DNA of 64,000 nt, from NCBI GenBank assembly GCA_963716725.1, contig CAVQUB010000015.1, positions 64,001 through 128,000 of the forward strand, written 5' to 3'. This DNA comes from an uncultured delta proteobacterium. GTDB lineage: Bacteria; Myxococcota_A; Polyangia; Polyangiales; Polyangiaceae. The notes under the pieces are model-generated. The model was not told the origin of the DNA. It saw only the letters and a program-made list of their open reading frames with translations, and did not search any database. Each line of letters begins with the position of its first letter. The stretch's first letter is position 1. Below, in pieces: positions 9,237 to 18,554 of the stretch. The position numbers were made by a program, and so were the translations under genes.

Positions 9237-11011
9237 CCTGGGAAGTGATCGCTTTGGCGGCCGGCAAGGCCCTGTTCATGGTGATGTTCGGCATGAACCT
9301 GGCCGTGATCATGACCTGGGCCGATCGGCGCCAGGGCGCCATGATCAACGATCGCGTCGGACCGAACCGCGCGGTGGCGTGGCTGCCCAGGCGTGTTGCC
9401 CAGGGCATGGTGCTCGTTCCCGCTCTGATCATCGCGGCCGCGGTGGTCGGCTGGGTCTTCACTCACAAGGTCGAGGGCGCCGCGCGCCTCGGGCGCGCGC
9501 TGCTGTTCAGTCAGCTGGCAGTGTTCGCGCTCTGGGCGACCTTGCTCGCCATCGGCGGAAGCGTCGCTCGCCGCGGCGTCACCAACAGCTTCGATCGCTG
9601 GGTCGCGACCATCGGTGATCCGCGGAACTTCCTCTGGCTCGGCCTCGGCGCCCACGGCGTCACGCTCATCGCCGCGGTGCTGCTTCGCGGAACGGGCCTG
9701 GGGCGCAGCTTGCGCGAGGTAGCCTACGGCGCCGGGCCAGCCGTGTTCGCCGCGGCGGTGTTCGGAGCCGGTCTGTACGCCGCCTACTCCTTCGAGAAGG
9801 TCGATCGGGTCGGGCTGCGGCTCTTTGGCCTGCTCCACCCGGCTGCGGACGGGCTGAAGACGATCTGGAAAGAGGACTTCGTCCCGCCGAACGCCGACAA
9901 GTTCCTGCACGGCCTGGCGCCCATCGTCTCGTTCTTCCCGGCGTTGGTGGTGATGGCGGTGGTGCCCTTCGGCGATACGCTCTGCTTCGGCAGCAAGGCC
10001 GGCCGCATCGACCTGACCCAGATCAGCCGAGTCGTCCCCCGCGAGGGGCTCTGCACCGACGGCGCGGTTCAGCTGCAGGTGCTCGACGTGAACGTCGGTC
10101 TGCTCTACTTCTTTGCGATCGCCGGCACCGGCATCGTCGGCGCCGCGCTGGCGGGGTGGGCGAGCGACAACAAGTACAGCCTGCTCGGTGGCCTGCGCGC
10201 CGCCAGCCAGATGGTCTCCTATGAGGTCACGCTGGGCCTGACTTTGGTCGGCGTGATGATGGTCTACGGCACGCTGCGCATCGACGAGATGGTGCGCTGG
10301 CAGGCCGCGAACACCTGGGGCATCTTCGTGCAGCCGCTGGCGTTCATCCTGTTTTTCACCGCCTCCGTGGCCGAAGCCAAGCGCATCCCCTTCGATCTGC
10401 CAGAGGGCGAGAGCGAGCTCGTCGCCGGGTATTTCACTGAGTACTCGGGCATGAAGTTCGCGATGTTCTACTTCTCCGAGTACGTCGCGGTGGTCGCATC
10501 GAGCGTGCTCTTGACCGTGCTCTTCCTGGGCGGCTGGCACCTGCCGTTCATGGACCGCTCGGGCTTGCACATTCAAATCGGCGACACGGTGCTCCTGCAC
10601 CAGACCCTGGCTCACGTCGCGGTGATCGTGCTCGGGGTGCTGGCCTTCATCGGAAAGGTCGTCGCGCTCTGCTGGCTGCAACTCATGATCCGCTGGACCC
10701 TGCCGCGCTTCCGCTACGACCAGCTCATGCGGCTCAGCTGGCGCAAGCTCCTGCCGGCTTCGCTCTTGAACATCCTGGTGACCGGGCTCCTGATCCTGCT
10801 CGTCGCGGGCGCCAGCACCAACGTGCAAGCGGGCCTGAAGATCGCAGCCGACGTCACCCAGTTGGTGGTCCTGGTCGCGGGGCTCTCGTTGGCGGTTTGG
10901 TTCGTGTCGTTCGTGACCAGCCCGGTGAAGAAGAAGCGCATCCTGGCTTCAACCGCCGCGCAGTTTGCGGCTCACCTGGGCGGTACGCGCACCGCCCGCA
11001 TGGGAGCTTGA
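9233..11011 (+). CDS. nuoH: NADH-quinone oxidoreductase subunit H, enlarged (592 aa)
   Basis: DRVGPNR, ADGLKTIWKED, GWASDNKYSLLGGLRAASQMVSYE, RIPFDLPEGESELVAGYFTEYSG, RWTLPRFRYDQL. Confidence 0.93.
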   Translation: MTWEVIALAAGKALFMVMFGMNLAVIMTWADRRQGAMINDRVGPNRAVAWLPRRVAQGMVLVPALIIAAAVVGWVFTHKVEGAARLGRALLFSQLAVFALWATLLAIGGSVARRGVTNSFDRWVATIGDPRNFLWLGLGAHGVTLIAAVLLRGTGLGRSLREVAYGAGPAVFAAAVFGAGLYAAYSFEKVDRVGLRLFGLLHPAADGLKTIWKEDFVPPNADKFLHGLAPIVSFFPALVVMAVVPFGDTLCFGSKAGRIDLTQISRVVPREGLCTDGAVQLQVLDVNVGLLYFFAIAGTGIVGAALAGWASDNKYSLLGGLRAASQMVSYEVTLGLTLVGVMMVYGTLRIDEMVRWQAANTWGIFVQPLAFILFFTASVAEAKRIPFDLPEGESELVAGYFTEYSGMKFAMFYFSEYVAVVASSVLLTVLFLGGWHLPFMDRSGLHIQIGDTVLLHQTLAHVAVIVLGVLAFIGKVVALCWLQLMIRWTLPRFRYDQLMRLSWRKLLPASLLNILVTGLLILLVAGASTNVQAGLKIAADVTQLVVLVAGLSLAVWFVSFVTSPVKKKRILASTAAQFAAHLGGTRTARMGA

Positions 11012-11021
11012 GGAAGACAGC

Positions 11022-11681
11022 ATGGCCATTTTGCCCAACGCCCCCCTCGGACCCAATAGGGTCGCCGGCAAGGCCATCCCAAGGCCGAATCGCAACCTCG
11101 CGGTGCAGTCGTACGTCCCGGAGATCGTCAAGGGTCTGGGAATCACCATGAAGCACTTCTTCGTCAACACGAAGGAGGTGGCCCTCGGCCAGCGCAACGA
11201 TCCCGTGCTCGAGTCCATCGACGACGGCATCAACTGCATCAGCTACCCCGAGCAGAAGCGGCCGTACCCGGCCCGCTTTCGCGGGCTGCACCGCCTGACT
11301 CATCGCGCCGACGGCTCGCCGCGTTGCGTCGCGTGCTTGTGCTGTTCGACTGCGTGTCCAGCGCAGTGCATCCACATCGAAGCGGGGGAGTATCCCGAGG
11401 GCGATCCGCGACGCGGCTACGAGCGCTATCCCAAGCGCTTCGTGATCGACGAGCTGCGCTGCGTCTTCTGCGGCTTTTGCGTCGAGGCCTGCCCCTGCGA
11501 CGCGATCCGCATGGACACCGGCATGCACGCGGCGCCCTACGATTCCCGTGATCAGTTCATCTTCGAGCGGGAGCGGTTGATGTCGTTCCCCGGCCGCGAC
11601 GGGACCTTCGAGACCGCAAACCCACGCAAAGAGCCGGGCGATCCGGGCCACCCCGGCGTCGATCGCGAAAAGGGCCACTGA
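11022..11681 (+). CDS. nuoI: NADH-quinone oxidoreductase subunit I
   Basis: YPEQK, RFRGLH, CVACLCCSTACP and CVFCGFCVEACP (2x 4Fe-4S). Confidence 0.95.
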   Translation: MAILPNAPLGPNRVAGKAIPRPNRNLAVQSYVPEIVKGLGITMKHFFVNTKEVALGQRNDPVLESIDDGINCISYPEQKRPYPARFRGLHRLTHRADGSPRCVACLCCSTACPAQCIHIEAGEYPEGDPRRGYERYPKRFVIDELRCVFCGFCVEACPCDAIRMDTGMHAAPYDSRDQFIFERERLMSFPGRDGTFETANPRKEPGDPGHPGVDREKGH

Positions 11682-11711
11682 CCTGAGCCCGCCGACGCCC
11701 GGCGCTCAGGT
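11681..11711 (+). terminator. Stem-loop immediately after nuoI (possible terminator or stabiliser, no U-tract)
   Basis: acctgagc...gctcaggt inverted repeat with inner gccg/cggc. Confidence 0.4.
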
Positions 11712-11766
11712 GCGGCGGGTGCCCCTGGCAGTGCATCGCTTCGCAGTTTTGGTACTCTGAGCGGCG

Positions 11767-13023
11767 GTGCGCACGAGATCTGCCTGGGCCCTCTGCGCCG
11801 CGGCTGCGGTTGCCTACGCGTGCGCCGCCTTCGACGGCGCCGAGGCCCTGGTCGAAGCTCCCGATGGCGGGGCGGGGGCGGGCGACGCCAGCACCGAAGG
11901 CATCGCCGGGGGCGCCGGATTTCCCAGCGGCGGCGGTGGCGTGCCGAGCGGCGGTGGCGTGCCGAGCGGCGGCGGAGCGCCGAGCGGCGGTGGCGTGCCG
12001 AGTGGCGGCGGCGTGCCGAGCGGCGGCGGCGTGCCGAGTGGCGGCGGCGTGCCGAGCGGCGGCGGCGTGCCGAGCGGCGGTGGCGTGCCGAGCGGCGGTG
12101 GCGTGCCGAGCGGCGGCGGCGTGCCGAGCGGCGGCGGCGTGCCGAGCGGCGGCGGCGGCAGCGGTGGCACGACGCCCCAGTGCGCCAGCGACGCGACTTG
12201 CAGCGACGGCAACTGGTGCAACGGCGACGAGAAGTGCCAGAGCGGGAGCTGCGTCAGCGGATCGGCGCCGGGCAGCTTCCCCCAGTGTTCAGCGGTCTGC
12301 CCCCCGAACTACTACGCGAGCTCCGTGTCCTGTTCGTCGCTCTGCGGCCCACCGAGCGGTCCGCGCGCCAACTGCAGCCCCGGCTGCGGCTCGTCCTTCA
12401 ATGCCTGCGGGGGCTGCCCCAGCGGCTACTACCAGAGCGGCGCGTCGTGCAGCACGAGCTGCGCGAGCTGCGGCACCTCGAGCGGCCAGCGCTACTCGTG
12501 CAATCAGATTGGCGGCTCGTCGTTCAACGCCTGCGACGGCTGTCCGAGCGGGTATCACCCGTCGAGCAAAGCGTGCAGCACGAGCTGTGCGAGCTGCGGC
12601 ACCTCGAGCGGCCAGCGCTACACCTGCGGCCAAGTGAGCGGATCGAGCTTCAACTCCTGCGCTCCGTGCCCGGCCGGGTACCACCCTTCGAGCAAAGCGT
12701 GCAGCACGAGCTGTGCGAGCTGCGGCACCTCGAGCGGCCAGCGCTACACCTGCGATCAGACGGGCGGATCGAGCTTCAATTCCTGCGCTCCGTGCCCGGC
12801 TGGGTACTACGTGTCGAGCCAGGCGTGCAGCACGAGCTGCGCGAGCTGCGGCACGTCGAGCGGTCAGCGCTACACCTGCAACCAATTCCCGACCGGAGGC
12901 AGCTTCAACGCATGCGGCAGTTCGTGCCCCACGGGTTTTCACGTCACCTCGCAGACGAACAGTACGAGCTGCGCGAGCTGCGGCACCTCGAGCGGCACGC
13001 GGGTGACCTGCGCGCCGAATTGA
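11767..13023 (+). CDS. Secreted/lipoprotein with (VPSGGG)n linker and 42-aa six-Cys repeats
   Basis: Signal/lipobox AVAYAC, CSDGNWCNGDEKC module, five repeats with core (C)STSCASCGTSSG. Confidence 0.8.
   Translation: MRTRSAWALCAAAAVAYACAAFDGAEALVEAPDGGAGAGDASTEGIAGGAGFPSGGGGVPSGGGVPSGGGAPSGGGVPSGGGVPSGGGVPSGGGVPSGGGVPSGGGVPSGGGVPSGGGVPSGGGVPSGGGGSGGTTPQCASDATCSDGNWCNGDEKCQSGSCVSGSAPGSFPQCSAVCPPNYYASSVSCSSLCGPPSGPRANCSPGCGSSFNACGGCPSGYYQSGASCSTSCASCGTSSGQRYSCNQIGGSSFNACDGCPSGYHPSSKACSTSCASCGTSSGQRYTCGQVSGSSFNSCAPCPAGYHPSSKACSTSCASCGTSSGQRYTCDQTGGSSFNSCAPCPAGYYVSSQACSTSCASCGTSSGQRYTCNQFPTGGSFNACGSSCPTGFHVTSQTNSTSCASCGTSSGTRVTCAPN
11941..12156. repeat. 18-bp coding tandem repeat x12 (VPSGGG)
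   Basis: gtgccgagcggcggcggc unit with period 18, from 11941 to the last unit at 12139. Confidence 0.95.
12391..13012. repeat. ~126-bp coding tandem repeat x5 (42-aa Cys-rich unit)
   Basis: agcacgagctg...ggcacctcgagcggccagcgctac recurs at 12451, 12577 and onward, period 126. Confidence 0.9.
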
Positions 13024-13026
13024 CGA

Positions 13027-13977
13027 TCACTTGTCGACGCTGGAGTCCCAGCAGCAGCGGAAGCCGATCCCTGGGAGCTGGCTGCTTCGGTCAACGGTCT
13101 TGGACGCTGCGCAGGGTACGGCGCTGCCGGCTTGGAGCGCGGAGCCACCGCGCGTGCCGCAGTCGCTGGTGGCAGATTGCGGGTTTGCGCAGGAATCCTC
13201 CCACTCCGCGACGTTGCCGAGCATGTCCGTCAGGCCGGGGTACAAGAAGCTCTCGCATCCGGCGCCACCGCTCAGCGTCGAGCCGACCGCCGCCACCGGC
13301 GGGGCATCGACGCAGCGTCCTCCCTCGTGGGACGAGCCGTAGAAGTAGGTCTCCTCTGCCTTCGGACCCGCGCAGGCCGAATACCACTGATTCGTCGAAG
13401 CGTCCGGCGGGCCTGCCGCGCCTCCGCTGATCTTCCCGCACAGACGCTTGCCCGCCCATTTGCAGTAGGCGTAGGCGCCGCACCAATCGACGCAGCGCAC
13501 GGGGTAGTTCTGGTCGACTCCGGACCCGAAGCTCGGGCAGCCACCCGTGGTATCCGGGGCGTAGTCGAGCACGCCCTGGCAGGCCGAGAGTCCCGTGAGA
13601 TTGGTGCCTGCGTCGCCGGGATCGGCGAGGAAATTTTGGTAATCGTGGTTGGTGACCTCCGTGGCGTCGATGCAGAAGTTCGAGCCAACCGCGATCAGGG
13701 CAGGTCCTTTCTTGCCCGTCGGACAGAGGATGCCCCCGTCGGCCGAGGTCCCGCCGCTGCCTCCGCTGCCGCCGCCGTCGCTCGTTCCCCCGGTGCTCGT
13801 GCCTCCGCTGCCGCCGCCGTCGCTCGTTCCACCGGTGCTCGCGCCTCCAGTGCTCGTTCCACCGGTGCTCGTTCCGCCGGTGCCGCCGCTCGCGGGCCCT
13901 TCGTTGGTGGTCGACGACGAACAGGCGCCAAACGAAAGGGTCGAGCCGAGGACCAGGGAGAGGATCAGGCGTCGCAC
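13027..13977 (-). CDS. Lipoprotein with FGE-sulfatase (SUMF1-like, C-type-lectin fold) domain
   Basis: Lipobox FGAC, Gly linker, FCIDATEVTN, PVRCVDW, AYCKWAGKRLC, DMLGNVAEW, RGGS, GFRCC. Confidence 0.88.
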   Translation of the reverse strand: MRRLILSLVLGSTLSFGACSSSTTNEGPASGGTGGTSTGGTSTGGASTGGTSDGGGSGGTSTGGTSDGGGSGGSGGTSADGGILCPTGKKGPALIAVGSNFCIDATEVTNHDYQNFLADPGDAGTNLTGLSACQGVLDYAPDTTGGCPSFGSGVDQNYPVRCVDWCGAYAYCKWAGKRLCGKISGGAAGPPDASTNQWYSACAGPKAEETYFYGSSHEGGRCVDAPPVAAVGSTLSGGAGCESFLYPGLTDMLGNVAEWEDSCANPQSATSDCGTRGGSALQAGSAVPCAASKTVDRSSQLPGIGFRCCWDSSVDK

Positions 13978-14064
13978 GGCAGTGGATCCTAGCAGTTTCA
14001 GCCCACACCCGCGAAATCCAGGCGTTTTCCCAGCGGGCCCGTCGTGCTACCCGACCGGCGCGAG

Positions 14065-15492
14065 ATGCTCGATCGCTGGGAACCCGTCATCGGACTCGAG
14101 GTCCACGCCCAGCTCCTGACGGAGACGAAGCTGTTCTGCGGCTGCGCGATGCGCTTCGGCGAGGAGCCGAACCGAAACGTGTGTCCCGTCTGCTTGGGTT
14201 TGCCGGGCGCGCTGCCCGTGCTCAACCGTCGGGCGGTCGAGCTGGCCGTGCGCGCGGCGTCGGCCCTCGACTGCACGGTGCACGAGCGCAGCGTCTTCGA
14301 GCGCAAGAACTACTTCTACCCGGATCTGCCCAAGGGGTACCAGCTGAGCCAGTACGCGGCGCCCCTCGCGACCCGCGGACACCTGGATGTCGAGCTGGAC
14401 GGCGTCCTGAAGCGAGCGGGCATCACCCGGGTGCACATGGAAGAGGACGCCGGCAAGAACGTGCACGGCGTGGGGGGTGACTCGCTGGTCGATCTGAATC
14501 GCGCCGGGACGCCCTTGATCGAGATCGTGGGCGATCCGGATCTCGGCAGCGCCGCCGAAGCATCGGCCTACCTCCGCGCCCTGCGCGACGTGTTGATCTT
14601 CATCCGCGTGAACGACGGAAACCTGGAGGAGGGTAGCTTTCGCTGCGACGCGAACGTCTCGGTGCGTCGGGTGGGGGAGTCGCAACTGGGGACGCGGACC
14701 GAGATCAAGAACGTCAACAGCTTTCGCTTCGTGCAGCGAGCCATCGAGCTCGAGATCAGTCGGCAGGTTGCGATCCTCGAGAGCGGCGGGCGCATCGTGC
14801 AGGAGACTCGCGGCTTCGATCACGAGGCAGGTCGCACCTATTCGCTGCGCTCGAAAGGAGATGCGCACGACTACCGCTACTTCCCAGATCCGGATCTGCC
14901 GCCCTTGTTCGTGGACGCCGCCCTCCGCACCCAAACACTGCCGGAGCTGCCGGCGGCGAAGCGCCTGCGCTACCAGGCCCTGGGACTTCCGACCCAGGCG
15001 GCCCAGACCCTGACAAGTCACCCGGAAATCGCGCGCTTCTTCGAGGACACCTCGAGTCGCTATCCGGACGCGGTGAAGGCCGCGAACTTCATCCAGACCG
15101 AGGTGCTCCGGGACGCGAAGCTCCGGGGCCTCCGCGCGAGCTTCAGCGTCACGCCCGAGCAAGTCGCGGAGCTGCTTGCGCTGACTGACGCCGGCAAGAT
15201 CAGCGGCAAGCAGGCCAAGGAGGTCCTGGCCGTCATGATCGAGAGCGGCAGCATGCCGAGCGCCATCGTGGCCGAGCGCGGCCTGGCGGTGGTCTCCGAC
15301 GAGAGCCAGCTGTTGCCGATCTGCCAGCGGCTGATCGCGGATCACCCCAAGCAGGTCGAGCAGGTGCGTCAGGGCAAGAAGGGCATGATCGGATTCTTCG
15401 TCGGGCAGGTCATGAAACAGACCGGCGGCGCCGCGGATCCCAAGCTGGTCAACGCCCTGCTCGAGAAGCTGATGGCCGAGGAGAAGAGCTGA
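14065..15492 (+). CDS. gatB: Asp/Glu-tRNA amidotransferase subunit B
   Basis: [54 protein letters not shown]. Confidence 0.97.
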   Translation: MLDRWEPVIGLEVHAQLLTETKLFCGCAMRFGEEPNRNVCPVCLGLPGALPVLNRRAVELAVRAASALDCTVHERSVFERKNYFYPDLPKGYQLSQYAAPLATRGHLDVELDGVLKRAGITRVHMEEDAGKNVHGVGGDSLVDLNRAGTPLIEIVGDPDLGSAAEASAYLRALRDVLIFIRVNDGNLEEGSFRCDANVSVRRVGESQLGTRTEIKNVNSFRFVQRAIELEISRQVAILESGGRIVQETRGFDHEAGRTYSLRSKGDAHDYRYFPDPDLPPLFVDAALRTQTLPELPAAKRLRYQALGLPTQAAQTLTSHPEIARFFEDTSSRYPDAVKAANFIQTEVLRDAKLRGLRASFSVTPEQVAELLALTDAGKISGKQAKEVLAVMIESGSMPSAIVAERGLAVVSDESQLLPICQRLIADHPKQVEQVRQGKKGMIGFFVGQVMKQTGGAADPKLVNALLEKLMAEEKS

Positions 15493-16533
15493 TGCCCGTC
15501 CCGCATGCCGAACCCCTGTCTGGCGCGAGCTACTCCGCCGTCGAGCTCTGCCCTGACAACGACGCCGTGCTGATGCTCGATCAGCGCCGTCTGCCGGGCG
15601 AGGAGATCTACGAGCGGCTCACGACCTCGTCCGAGGTGGCGCGGGGGATCACCGACATGGTGGTCCGCGGCGCTCCGGCCATCGGCGTCGCGGCGGCGTA
15701 TGGCATGGTGCTTGCGGCCCGGAGGTCCGCGAGCATCGACGAGCTGCGCGCGTTGGCGGGCGAGCTCCGGCGGGCGCGCCCCACTGCGGTGAACCTGATG
15801 TGGGCCGTGGATCGCATGCTGGCCCTGGCGGAGCTTGGCGCCGACGCCACCGCGCTGGCGGCCGAAGCCCGGGCCATCCATCGAGACGACGTCGCCGCGT
15901 GTCGACGCATGGGCGCGCTGGGAGCCGAGCGCGTGCCCGACGGCGCGACCATCCTCACGCACTGCAACGCCGGAGCGCTCGCCACCGGCGGCTTTGGCTC
16001 GGCCCTCGGCGTGATCCGCGCCGCGGTCGAGGCGGGCAAGAGCGTGCGCGTGCTCGCCGACGAGACCCGGCCCTACCTCCAGGGCCTGCGGCTCACGGCG
16101 TGGGAGCTCCATCAGGACGACATCCCGGTGGAGATCCTGACTGACGGGATGGCTGGCTGGTTCTTCTCCAAAGGCGCCATCGATCTGGTGGTGGTCGGCT
16201 CGGACCGCATCGCGAGGAACGGCGACGTCGCCAACAAGATCGGGACGTACTCGGTGGCCTGCCTCGCCCGCCTACACGATCGCCCCTTCTACGTGGCGGC
16301 GCCGTGGTCCACCGTCGATCTCGAGCTGCCCGACCGGCGACGAGATCCCGATCGAAGAGCGCAGCATCACGGAGATCACGCACTTCGGCGGTCGTCGCAT
16401 CGCGCCCGAGGGCGTTGGCGCAAGGAACCCCGGCTTCGACGTCACGCCGGCGCGACTGGTCAGCGCCATCTTCACCGAGCGCGGCGTGATCGATCCGGTG
16501 GGCGAGGTCGGCGTGGCGGCGCTCGCCCGCTGA
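15492..16533 (+). CDS. mtnA: S-methyl-5-thioribose-1-phosphate isomerase (one +1 frameshift near 16332)
   Basis: [49 protein letters not shown]. The +1 frame gives IPIEER...NPGFDVTP...TERG to TGA 16531-16533. Confidence 0.93.
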
Positions 16534-16613
16534 GAGGTCGGCGCTCGCTGCTCAGCCCGCGCCCCGAGGCCCCGAATTGCGAGGGCTGGCGGCTTGATGT
16601 ATCAGGTGGAGGC

Positions 16614-17291
16614 ATGCCGCCTCGCGCCGCCTTCGTGACCCTGCCCGCGTTGATCGGGCTCGGGGTGCTGTTCGCCGCGGGCTGTGAGCCCAAGCGATCC
16701 GCCGACGGACAGAGGGCGTCAGCCTCCCCGTCCTCGCTTGCGGCCCCGTCGGCCAGCGCGGTCGCGAAGTCGCCCTTCCCACCGGAGGCGCGGCGCGACT
16801 CGCCTCCGAAGGCCATCGCGGAGAGTGCGCTCGCTTTGGGTCGGGTGGCTCCGCCGCTCGCTGGGCTGCCGTCAACAGCGGGAACTTGGAGCCGCGCTTC
16901 GAAAGTGACGGCGCTGGTCTTTTACCGGGGTCACTGGTGACCCTACTGTCGCCGGCAGCTCGGGGAGCTGCAGAGTCAACGCGGAGAGTTCGAGAAGCGC
17001 GGCGCTGAGTTGGTCGCGCTCAGCGTGGATCCGGTCGACGTCAGCAAGGAGCTGGCGGAGCGGGAGAAGCTCTCTCTGACGCTGCTCTCCGATCCGGACC
17101 GCAGAGTGATCAAGGCATTCGGGCTCGACGATCCGGGCAACGAGGTCTCATGGCCCGCGGTGTACGTGATCGGCGCCGACGGAACCGTGGTCTATCGTGC
17201 GTTTCTCGAGTCGTACAAACAACGCCCTGCCGTGGCCGAGATCCTGGCCGCCGTCGATCGTGCGGCGCCGAGCGAAGGCGGCCCACGCTGA
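16614..17291 (+). CDS. Peroxiredoxin-like (AhpC/TSA, thioredoxin fold) lipoprotein with in-frame UGA at 16938-16940, probable selenoprotein
   Basis: GGAGG SD, lipobox [13 protein letters not shown]-[TGA][10 protein letters not shown]. The same frame continues ALSVD...[14 protein letters not shown]...[12 protein letters not shown]. Confidence 0.82.
16955..16971 (+). promoter_or_regulatory. Candidate bacterial SECIS hairpin
   Basis: gcagct-cgggg-agctgc: 6-7 bp stem with a G-rich loop about 20 nt 3' of the in-frame UGA. Confidence 0.6.
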
Positions 17292-17308
17292 ACGCGCAGC
17301 CATGAGCT

Positions 17309-18451
17309 TCAGCGCGTCGGGGGCGGGCGGCAGCTGAAGCCATTTTCCAGCGACAGCGACTCGACAGCACCGGCCGGTCTTTCGGCCGTCGCGCCTTCGC
17401 GAGGCACCCACACTCGCGCGTCGGCCCAGCGCAGGTCGAGCTCGCGCCAGGCTGCCATGTCGCCGATCTCGACGTGCACCGTCCTGTTGAGAGCGTGTCG
17501 CAGCACGCCAATGACCTCTCCCCAGGGCTCGCTGTACAGGCACGCGCCGCGCGGGAAAGTCAGGGTCTCCTCGGGTGGATTCTTGCGGGCACCGTAGCCG
17601 AAGCCGCCACTGCCCCAACCCATCGATTGGGGTTGGGATAGCGCGGACTTGGGCACGAACCCCCGCACCGACAGCGTCGACGAGCCGTAGGCGATCTCCA
17701 CGAACCAAGCCGCGCTCTTCGCCACGGTCCCGACTCGCACCTGGGGTGGCGCAGTGTCGACGAGCTTTCCGAGCGCGGATCCCCCGGGGCGCTCGAGCAC
17801 ATTCGAGAGGGGCGCCAATACCCACTCCTCGGTTCCCGGCGCTTCGGGGATTGGAGAGGGCAAGTAGGCGTGGCCGATCGCGCTGATGGGCAGCCAGCCG
17901 ACGGCCTCGAAGGTGCGGTCGCTGGCGGAGACCCGAGCCAAGTCACCCTTGTCGTTCAGGCGTTGGAGGAAAGCGCCGGGACCCACGCGCACGCGCTCGT
18001 TCGGCCCTGCTTTGACCGGTTGGCGCGTGAGCGGCGTCACGCGGAGCGGGGTCGGCCAGAGCTTGGTGTTCTCGGTCCAGAGCAAGACCCGCAGTGAAGG
18101 GTCGTCGAAGATGATGCGGGTGCGTCCTGGGGACTGGTCCACGACCACTCGAGGGGGCGCGCGGCCGAGCCCGGCGTACGGGAGCGCGCGTTCGACGAAG
18201 CGGGCCTCGAAGCCGTCGCGGAGCAGCGCTGCGGCAGGCGGAACGTTCGATGCAGGTGCGCGGTCGGCCGCGCTCGCGTCAACCACCGTCGCCGACGCTG
18301 ACGCCGCGATTGACGACGCGGTTGCCACCGTCGGCTCCGGTCGGGGGGCGGTTGGCCCGGGAGCGGCGGTCCCGCAGGCCCACAGACCCGAGCTGGACGC
18401 GACGAGAGCCGAGACCACGGCCCGCCAGCTCGCAGCGCGAGTTTGCAGCAT
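17309..18451 (-). CDS. Hypothetical lipoprotein with tandem SH3-like beta domains
   Basis: Lipobox-like LWAC, Pro/Ala linker, repeated beta motifs FEAVGWLP, SVRGFVPKSAL, ARVWVP. Confidence 0.65.
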   Translation of the reverse strand: MLQTRAASWRAVVSALVASSSGLWACGTAAPGPTAPRPEPTVATASSIAASASATVVDASAADRAPASNVPPAAALLRDGFEARFVERALPYAGLGRAPPRVVVDQSPGRTRIIFDDPSLRVLLWTENTKLWPTPLRVTPLTRQPVKAGPNERVRVGPGAFLQRLNDKGDLARVSASDRTFEAVGWLPISAIGHAYLPSPIPEAPGTEEWVLAPLSNVLERPGGSALGKLVDTAPPQVRVGTVAKSAAWFVEIAYGSSTLSVRGFVPKSALSQPQSMGWGSGGFGYGARKNPPEETLTFPRGACLYSEPWGEVIGVLRHALNRTVHVEIGDMAAWRELDLRWADARVWVPREGATAERPAGAVESLSLENGFSCRPPPTR

Positions 18452-18554
18452 GCGCGTCACCCTAGCTCATCTTGCGCGGGTCCGAGCCGAGACAGCGACG
18501 CCACGGTCGTGGTCCTCGACACCCTACCGATTGCCAAGCTATCTTCGAAAGTGG

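Noticed and set aside
11767..13977. RiPP or FGE-substrate system (Cys/Ser-rich protein plus FGE-like gene)
   Set aside because: No CxPxR substrate motif, the FGE catalytic cysteines are absent, there are no RiPP maturases or transporter, and both proteins look exported.
15492..16940. Apparent MtnA-lipoprotein fusion (482 aa)
   Set aside because: The frameshift near 16332 moves mtnA into the frame of the next gene. The true mtnA C-terminus is in the +1 frame, ending at 16533.
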